Source: Balanoglossus misakiensis (Eukaryota; Animalia; Hemichordata). From it: a stretch of DNA of 64,000 bases. The translations under genes were made by a program, and so were the position numbers. The notes under the pieces were generated by a model. That model saw only the letters and a program-made list of their open reading frames with translations, was not told the origin of the DNA and did no database searches. The stretch covers positions 11,263,351-11,327,350 of the forward strand of contig CM082585.2 in assembly GCA_040954595.2 (NCBI GenBank), in the 5' to 3' direction. Shown here in pieces: positions 39,097 to 48,331 of this stretch; positions within the stretch are counted from its first letter, which is position 1; the number at the start of each line of letters is the position of its first letter.

Positions 39097-40026
39097 TCAA
39101 CATGTGAAAGCTTGTTTAAATGCCTTTCGGTATTTCAGACTCATCATTTTATACAACCAGGGATTGATTGAAGAGTTGACAACCAACAGTGTAAAAGCCA
39201 CAGTATCAAATACAGCAAAGCCCATACTCATTTCCCATAACCCCCAATAAGACAATGTCCTAAAGATGAGGGTTAAGAACATCGGGAAGATGCAGATGAA
39301 GAAAACAATCGTTGTTACCATGGTTACTCGCATGACTTGGATGCTTTCTTTTTGAATCGATAGATCAATGGTTGTCGGGGCGACCGATTTCGCCCGTCGT
39401 GACATTTCGCGAACGATTTTGGAGTACATAGCTACAGTAATGACTAACGCGAGGGCTTCTGGGATCTGTATAACAATATTGCAAACTGTGTATATCACTG
39501 CCAATCCTGTGTTATTTGAAACTGTTTCGAAGCAAAACACAATAGAGAAGGAAGCTATGCAAATACTGACGACCCATGATAAAATGATTGCTTTCATACA
39601 TCTACTTTTGCTGTTAATGATGTGAGTTTTCAAAGGATGACATATCGCCAGGTACCTTTCAATGCTGATGATCGTCACCATGATAAATGATTCCTCGGCA
39701 GTGAGCACGGTGATTATCAGAGTTAGCGCGCAAGAAAACGTGCTGCCATCGGTCAGAATTAGAAGTCTTATTATCTGTAGCGTTATGAAAAGTGTATCTG
39801 CAACGCTGAGACTGAGCAGGTAGAAGTTTGTAACCGTTCTCATCCCTGCCACTCGTAGCACCACAAACATGAAGGAAACGTTTCCTAGGATACCCATTAT
39901 CGCAATCGTGCTTGACACAGGCAATCGAATTTGTTCCAAGAAAGATATCATCACTTGTGTATCACTGGTGGTAGTGTTGGTGAGAGTAACGGCCGGCCAT
40001 GTTGTACTCGGATTTGGTGTGTTCAT
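39097..40026 (-). CDS. Class A orphan GPCR 4 (tandem paralogue), about 309 aa from MNTPNP
   Basis: GN, MRTVTNFYLLSLSVAD, ERYLAICHP, FFICIFP, NSSINPWLY. ATG at 40026. Possible 5' UTR intron 40239-40084 (GTAAGA...TTACTTACAG). Confidence 0.87.
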   Translation of the reverse strand: MNTPNPSTTWPAVTLTNTTTSDTQVMISFLEQIRLPVSSTIAIMGILGNVSFMFVVLRVAGMRTVTNFYLLSLSVADTLFITLQIIRLLILTDGSTFSCALTLIITVLTAEESFIMVTIISIERYLAICHPLKTHIINSKSRCMKAIILSWVVSICIASFSIVFCFETVSNNTGLAVIYTVCNIVIQIPEALALVITVAMYSKIVREMSRRAKSVAPTTIDLSIQKESIQVMRVTMVTTIVFFICIFPMFLTLIFRTLSYWGLWEMSMGFAVFDTVAFTLLVVNSSINPWLYKMMSLKYRKAFKQAFTC

Positions 40027-41433
40027 TTTTGAGCAAAGCCGAAAGAGGGTGCAGCTCAATGAATAGTGGTCAAGAAGGCCAAGCTGTAAGTAAAAACGGC
40101 TAACATAAGGATGAGAAATATAAACAGACGCTTTGTGGTTTTCTGTTTTAGCAACTGAAAAAATGCATAATTAAGTCACGATGTCATGATAATTGAAATG
40201 ATAATATAAACATTTTAAGTTTCAAAATAAACGTCTTACCTGTCAATGAAGTAGATTTAATGCAAGGAACCTGACACAAAGCACTCCTTCCAGAAACTTC
40301 TGTCGTCTGTTGTCTTTTTACGTGGAAAAACAGCTTATGCAGGTACTTTGCATATTTCGTTTGCAGTCAACTATTCGATAAAGTGATCTGCTATTCTCAC
40401 ACTTTGCTTCCTTGTATGATCACATTCCGTTCAATCTGATCGATTTTCATGAAGGCTTTTATACCGAGGCTTCTACATAACGTTCACATCTGTAACGATT
40501 ACTATGACTTTGGTGTCCTCAAGGTTATGCAAATAAGACTTGTGGGGATGTAAATTATGCCAGAGAAACACCTATCAAGACAACACAAGAAAAATAATTA
40601 TCTGCGTTTGATCTTATGTTTTCAGTCTTTAAGACTGGCGGGCTGGGATGACATCGCCGCCATAAAATTAATGGCATGCCTGAAGCACAAACACGTCAAT
40701 TTTTTTTGGATTAGCGTGTAGCTACTCCGAGATGGAATGCAAATGGCAATTTGGAAACTCCTGATGAAATCTTTTGACATTTCAGTTTGCCTGGGGTTCC
40801 GAAGAAATGCACTTTCGGTATCATGTAATAATTATATTGAATATCTACGAAGTCAGTTTACTTTACATGTGTAGTCGCGAACATTTCAAGACGGAAACCA
40901 AAGACTTGTAATCATGGTTGCATTTACATTATAAACCTGCGGTACTTTAAAATGAACATGGCTTTGTAATTTTCCGTGGTGTGACACGTCACCATCTCTT
41001 ACTGGAAGGTACAATTATAAGACGGTCGATGATTGGCCAAGGTACTTGTTTTGGTCACAGTGAGTTTATATTGGGCCAATTACTTGGACGGAAATCCTGG
41101 GGTCCACAGATTGAATATACTCCTGAGATTAGAGTTTGACCCTGGTCCAGTTTGACCGCTGACCTGAATGGAAACGTCAGAAATACGCCCCCAAACGCTC
41201 ACGTAGTCTAAACATAAACAAAGGTCAAACGTTGGCTTCCGGTCTTTGCCAAGGATGACCCCTGGACCTTCCACACTGGGAAAAATCAATTTCCACGTGA
41301 CAAGTACGACATGCAAATACGTGTATTTGTGTTACATAACTACACCAGCTGACAAGCAAAGTCTATATCCATGCATACTCTCCACCCTTTGTAGAAGCAT
41401 AGACGCTGCTGTCTGTGGTAGCAGCCGCCAACC

Positions 41434-43527
41434 ATGGCTTCAGGAAAACCAGCCACGATTCTTGCAGGCACAGTGGTGCTTGCAACCGGTCTTCACTCAC
41501 TCTACCCCTACTGGTACCGCGACATAAAAACTCTCCGTCAACTGAAGGCAGTAGGGGAGTCAATCGGCAGTTTGATGGCTACCCGTACTCTAATGGTGGA
41601 CATATTTGAACAAACGGTCGATCGAAATCACTACAAACCCTTCATAATATACGAGGACACTGTGCACTCTTACGGGGATATTGAGAAGATGGCCAACAGG
41701 ATGGCGCTTCACGCGAGGGAGCAAGGCTTGAAATGTGGAGATCGGGTCGCATTGATGATGAGCAACGAACCGGCTTTCGTGTGGGCTTGGCTGGGGTTTT
41801 CTAAGCTAGGGATCAAGTGTGCTTTTATCAACCACAATCTGCGAAGCAAGTCCCTGGTTCACTGTGTAGACGTTGGTGAGGTTAAAGTCCTGTTCATCGG
41901 TAAAGGTGAGTAAAAGCTGGACACGGTCCTTCCACACAGGACTGTGAACTGGGCATGATGTGTTTCTTTTATCCATACAGGCACCTGGCAGGTATCTCTT
42001 AGACAAATAAACACTGAAAACGTTCTGTTTCTTTTGTTCATTTCTTTTCACATAGGTAAGGAGCTGGTGCAGTCTGTCCATGACGTCATGGATGAATTCA
42101 ACAACCCAAATTTGATGATTTGGAGCGTTGGTAATCAATCAACTCCAGACGGCATAGTGGCTGTTGATGATCTTATCATGACGTCAGCCTGTGATAGGCC
42201 GCCCTCTCATCAATTCAGAAGCAACATCACTCCGTCGGACACTACTGTTTACATCTACACATCTGGGACAACAGGTGAGTGTTTTAAAGTGGCTGTTGCA
42301 TGCCTATACCCAAAATACGTAAAACCACTCTTTGGGTGGCCAAGTCAAAGTTTCTTGCTGTCTAGAATCTCAGTCCAGTTGACTTTTTTTCACTCTGTCT
42401 GTGTAGTGACCTATCGGTGTATCTTGCTAAAATATCACGTGTTCGTTCTCACAGGTCTTCCCAAAGCTTCAAAAATCGTACAAAGTCGACTTATCGGCGC
42501 CTCTCACGCTTTGGACAAGTTCATCGGCACTGATGACGTAGTATATATCACAACACCGCTGTACCACGCTGTTGGGTTTATACTTGCTCTTCTGAACGTC
42601 ATTCGCACAGGTAGGCTAAGTAACAAAAACAGAAGACTTATGATATATGTCACGTGACGTCTCACTTGTCGCACCTCACTGACTGCATTCTAAAGCACAG
42701 GAGATTCCTGCTGGCCATTTTGTTAAAATGTAGGCTCGTTTGGAAATATAATTATCCTCGACAATGACGACAATAAGAAAATGGGATAGAGGTCAGCCAG
42801 AATATTGTGTCACATGTTTAACACTGAGACTGGCGGACATTTTGAGTTGTAACTATACGGTTCTCTCCCTCCCTCCCAATCCCTCCCCCTCTCTTCCCGT
42901 CCATCAACAGGTGCGACGTGTGTTATGTCACGAAAATTTTCGGTCCGCAAATTTTGGCCAGAGTGTTGTAAGCATGATGTAACTGTCATATTCTATGTTG
43001 GTGAACTGTGTCGATACCTGTTATCGGCACCGAAGGTATGTACTACAAGTATATCCAACAATGCTGTTTTATATAAGGACCTCTCAAGTCTGTGAACTAC
43101 CATTTTGAATTCGCCCATAAGCTTCAGTTATCTACCACTGTCGAAGTGTTACTGAATGCGCAGACCCAAACCATACATTATAACTATGTCACCCCAGCTG
43201 ACATTGGTGTTCCATTCGTACTTTTGTCTTTAGAGACCAGAGGACACCATGCACAAGATCAAGTACGCGATAGGCAACGGATTGCAGGCGGATATTTGGA
43301 GCAAATTCCGCACGCGTTTTCGAATCCCAAATATCGTCGAGTACTTCGCAGCCACCGATCTGCCGTTTATGGCGCTAAACAGCGACAACAGGGTTGGTGC
43401 TGTGGGAAGGTTTTCACCCATGCTGAAGGTAGGATTACTAATTGTGGAGTAATATTTTTTTTATCGGTAACTGTGATGAGTTGTCTGTTTGTTTGTTTGT
43501 CCGTCTGTCTGTCTGTCTCCTCTCTCT

Positions 43528-43569
<42 letters not shown>

Positions 43570-44652
43570 AATACATTTTCTATAATTCGACTTAATCTGT
43601 GGTTTACCATCAGAAAATCTATGGGTTTGAGTTAGTTGAGTGCGACCTGTCCGAAGCAACGCCCATCCGTGACAAATCTGGAAGATGTGTACCTGTCAAA
43701 TTTGGTGAGTATATAACAATTATTATTAAATGTATACTGCAGAAAGAAAGATAGTTTGTACAGTTGTTTAATGTTGAATCACAGGAATGTAAAAAGTGAT
43801 GAATGCTATATAGGAATATGAAGTTCCACAATGGAATATATAATATACCAGTGAAATTCGAAATGTCTTTCCAGGTAAGCCGGGATTACTGATTGTTGCT
43901 GTCAATGAACGCTTCCGATTTGACGGTTACCGTGGAGACAAGAAAATGACCGAGAAGAAATTTCTTCGCAATGTTTTCAAAGAGGGCGATGTCTTCGTCA
44001 ATTCTGGTGATTTGTTGGCTCTGGACGAGAGTTACTACCTCTACTTTGTGGACAGACTCGGCGATACATTCAGATGGCAGGGTGAGAACGTGGCAACCAC
44101 GGAAGTTTCCCAAGTTCTGACGTCACACGCTGGGGTACAAGAATCCAATGTGTACGGCGTCACTGTACCAGGTGAGGCCAATATTTTTTTTATTATTTCA
44201 GTTGCTGGTCTCAACGTTGCGGACATTTGTTTAAAAATGAACATCCAACCACCAATTCGCTCTTATACATTCTTTCTACATGTTCCTGACAGCAATGGGT
44301 TATATACTTGATACAAACATTTCAGGCTCTTTGTCTTCCAGGTCACAATGGCCGGGCTGGCATGGCGGCCATGGTCCTCAAAGATGGTCTTGAAAACTTC
44401 GACTTCAAGCAATTCTACTCTTATGTTCACTCGAAGCTGCCGGCTTATGCTGCGCCGAAGTTTTTGAGAATCAAAGAAACCCTAAGCACAACAGGTACCT
44501 ACAAGTACACCAAAACAGACCTCGTGAAGGAAGGCTTCGATCCGGCAACAGTGAAAGACGCCATTTTCTTCTCGGATCCAAATAGGCAATCGTACTCCAA
44601 GTTGAACGGTGAGGCCTATAGGAAAATCGTTAGCGGTGTTTCCCGCCTGTAA
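41434..44652 (+). CDS. SLC27A: Very-long/long-chain fatty acyl-CoA synthetase / fatty acid transport protein (SLC27A2/A6-like), 8 exons, about 621 aa, C-terminal SRL
   Basis: Exons 41434-41905, 42056-42274, 42455-42610, 42911-43035, 43234-43428, 43614-43704, 43875-44171 and 44342-44652, all GT-AG and in frame (1866 nt). Motifs YIYTSGTTGLPK, TTPLYHA, YVGELCRYL, RNVFKEGDVFVNSGDLL, YLYFVDRLGDTFRWQGENVATTEV, GHNGRAGMA, LPAYAAPKFLR. Confidence 0.92.
43518..43568. repeat. (CT)n microsatellite in FATP intron 5
   Basis: Direct reading. Confidence 0.9.
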
Positions 44653-45036
44653 AGTCATTCGAACAATTTGATGATTTCATTTCAGTTCGTCGCTAAAAGT
44701 AATTCAGTCTCTTACACTTGGACTTGATAGCGATAAATCATATTAAATGGTTCACCCCAAACTCTATTGATGCAAACGTATGAAAACTGATGCTGAAGTA
44801 TACGTGGAATAAGATTCAGATTCAAATACGTGTAATAAACTGGAATTAACAAAAATGTTTCTCAGTATGTGTGATTATAAGATATCCATTAATATCGTAG
44901 AAATTAACACATTTCTATGAAACTGCATTGACATTGTTTGCAAATTGGTTGTTTTTCATCACTATATTAGATTGCAAAAGTAATCCAGTAGACTATTTAA
45001 GGCTACATACAAAATCTTATCACAAAATCGTGTTCT

Positions 45037-46930
45037 TTAAATGTACGCAACAAGGTAGGCCAAACATGGAATGAAATAGGTTAGGCCTATGTGTTCTGCC
45101 ACAATGGCTGCGGCGCCTGAACCTGGTGGTTTAGTCGGTGCTTTAGTTGTTCCTCCGTCTTGCGGACACTCTATTGGCCCTATCCCTGATTGTCCGAATG
45201 GAAGACAGACCAGGTTGTTAGTTTCATCATTGTCATCAAAGTCAGCCCCAGCGCCTAGAAAAGGGAAAATGTAAATCGATGGTAAAAGAGTCACTTTAGA
45301 CAACCACGCGACGGCATCCCACCCGGGCTTTATTGCGCATGTTCTATTTTAAACATCATGAACTTGAAATATCGACATCGATTTTCCGGCCAATTTTGTG
45401 TACGTCGATTCTCTATCAAAAAAAACTCTTGAAAATTCTCACCTTTCTCGAAGAGAACACAGAAGAAGGCATAGGACTGACAGTTTTCAGAAGGTATCTC
45501 TATGCTGACCTCATTTCCGGAGTACGTCGTTGTCTCCCACTCATCAATGCCACTATTGAGATCGCCAAGTGACAATGTATCCTTAAGATCAAACTTGACA
45601 GTGGCATCAACGCTTTCTGAATCGGCAATGAACGCTCTGAAGCCGATGTTAGACTGCCCGCCGGGTACTTGAGTGCCGCCATGATTGGTGAGATCGACGG
45701 AGAATGTGACGTCGACTGGTTCATCGTAACTGTATGTGGCCGTTGGTGGATCCAGGACAAGATTGGAAATCCCGATTTCTGAAGAAGTGATGAAAATAGA
45801 ACATGTTGTCAACTCGTCTAGAAATAAATGAACAGGCCTAATAGCGAACACAACACAACGGAGCGCAAAAGAAACACAACACAGCACAACACAACACAGC
45901 ACAACACAACACAACACAACACAACACAACACAACACAACACAACACAACACAACATTCTTGCATCAGATAACACACAACTAAAACCACTTGAGTGCACC
46001 TGATTTATTAGATTCATGAGAACGCATTTTAATCCCACATTTCTTGGACAAAGTGTACATTACCTGAAGTACAGTTAGTCCTTCCAGCTTCCGTCGTTGG
46101 GCAAGCATCTGAGTCCCCGCTTATGAACTTCAAACATGCAAAGTCATTGGAGCTGTCGCTGTCTGTATATGTAGCTACCGGATCCTTCTCTATTACCACA
46201 CACAGATGACTGTGTGTTCCACACTTGTCCGACGGGTACACTATGTCGTAGGATTGACTAGCGTAAAAGTGTTCTGCGAAGGGGTTGGTTGTTTGGCTCT
46301 CTAAGGCACTTTCGCGGTTGCTGCCACCGTCGTTGAGATCGAAGCCCGTCACCTCAACCTGGTCAGCCATATTGCCATTAGTATCGAAAGCAGAATAGTA
46401 GAGTTTCACGTCATAATTCATGCCAGGACCCGCCGCTGGAAGGTCATCCGGCCCTGTGTTCCTCACATACATAGAGGCACACCCGACTGACGTTGCATCA
46501 TCTGTGTTGTAGAGTATTCTCTGTACAGACGGATTCGGGTTGATCATCCAAAACTCTTCTATTTTTAAATCTGCAACACAGAAACTACAGATGCTTAGTA
46601 TCTATAGACGCTTAGGATTTACACAATTTACAAATAAATCTATTTTCCATGGTAACAGTGGTAAAATTTGCATAGATGAACGTATAACTTTTTGAGTTCG
46701 CCGTCTTGCCTGGAATCATGCAATGTTTACCCGTTGGCACAAGTACGCCTATATTCACCCATCCACTTAATGCTACCTTGTTAGTTCCCTTCCCTGATTT
46801 TAAGGGCATCCTACTTGTATCTGCATTAATGTCGAGCAACAAATAAATGAAAGACGCAGTACTTACCACAATTCTGTGCTACAGCTTGTGACAAAAGTAA
46901 AAAAGACAACACAACTCTAAAAGTAGCCAT
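45037..46930 (-). CDS. Surface protein paralogue E (probable GPI-anchored), about 374 aa
   Basis: Exons 46930-46867 (MATFRVVLSFLLLSQAVAQNC), 46570-46064, 45778-45443 and 45254-45037; phase-1 introns. Ends KPPGSGAAAIVAEHIGLTYFIPCLAYLVAYI*. Confidence 0.85.
45874..45956. repeat. (ACACA)n pentanucleotide microsatellite in the intron between coding exons 2 and 3 of paralogue E
   Basis: Direct reading; it explains the spurious CCVVL repeat in the ORF track. Confidence 0.9.
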
Positions 46931-48331
46931 CTGGAATGAAGAGATATCTAATGTATCGCTGACGATGCTCTTCAGAGAAACAACGATTGTATGTACGTTT
47001 AGAGGAATATTTATTGTAGTATACCCGGATGGACGCTGTAAAATGAGCTTATATTCTTTTGTTTATTGATCGATCGCCATAGCAACGGCATTCTTTTGTA
47101 CTTAGTCAACAATCTAAGCAGAGCGATGACCAATAATAAATATGCTTCGTCAGCCAAACTTTGTTTGCCTCCCTTGACCTGAAGATAACTTGGCCATAAG
47201 GTTGCAAAGTTATAAATGTAACGATTCTTAAAATATATGTAATAAAAACAGTAATGCAATTAACATCAACGTCTTAATGCCTTGCTCAGCATAAAACAGT
47301 TGTTCAAGCACAGTACAGTTATGAGCTTATTACAATCCTACCAGGACACCAAATCACATAGCAGTATCGTCAAAATGAATGCGCAACGGCAGTCCTTACT
47401 TGAAAGGTAAAATTTATTGTAGGTACACTGTTAAGATGTCAAGTGAGACATTTCAGATTGCAAAGCTAATATTGACATGGTATCAATATTCGACCATGTT
47501 CCTTCTTGTGTGAATTCTGTGCGTCCTGGGTTGGAGCAAGGAGTAACCGTACTCAACGGAATATTTAGGGTTGTTGAGATGTCTGTGAAAGTAATACCAG
47601 TACTTTGGCAAATTTTGTCAGGGACTACAAGATTCATATTCATTAGTTAACATCTGTATATGGAATTTATCCTACACCAGAGTGATATATTAGCCTTGTT
47701 GAGTACATGTATTCCTATTTCGTCGACCTCAAAGAAAAAGCTTTCACTTTTGGCATATTTCTCCTTTCTTTTCAGGTAACAGCCTTGTTCCTCTCCGAAA
47801 AACGTGTAAATATAGCAAGCATTTTGCTTACAAATACCGGCTCCATAATAATATAAATTTCAAGGATTTTTGCTGCTGGCCAGCCTCATTTCAAGTTCCG
47901 CATGTTCGAAACCTTATTCAGATTGTTGGGAGGCGTGCAAAATAATGGTTGATTATATATTTCGTCCCCAAGCGCCCCCTCATATATAACAGTGCTAGTT
48001 TCTAAATGGGCCAGTCTTGTGATGGTCGGTGGCCCCTGCTGACGTCAGTGTGAACTTTTTACTCGAACCGATGGTAAATAAACATACTTTAAATATTGAA
48101 GTCCTGTCGCATTGTTTGTAACCCCTCTTCAACACGCCAAATAGCGAGAAGAAATATAATGTCCCCGTGTGCAAAAAATATCCATTAGAAGCACGGTCAG
48201 CAAAAGCGTGCGTCTAAGGGACAACATATATTCTGGTCATTTTTCAACATTGTTCACAAAAATTTTCAAAAATGACAAATCCCCGACTTTGCGAACTTTG
48301 GTGATTTTGTCATTTTTGGACATTTTTCATT

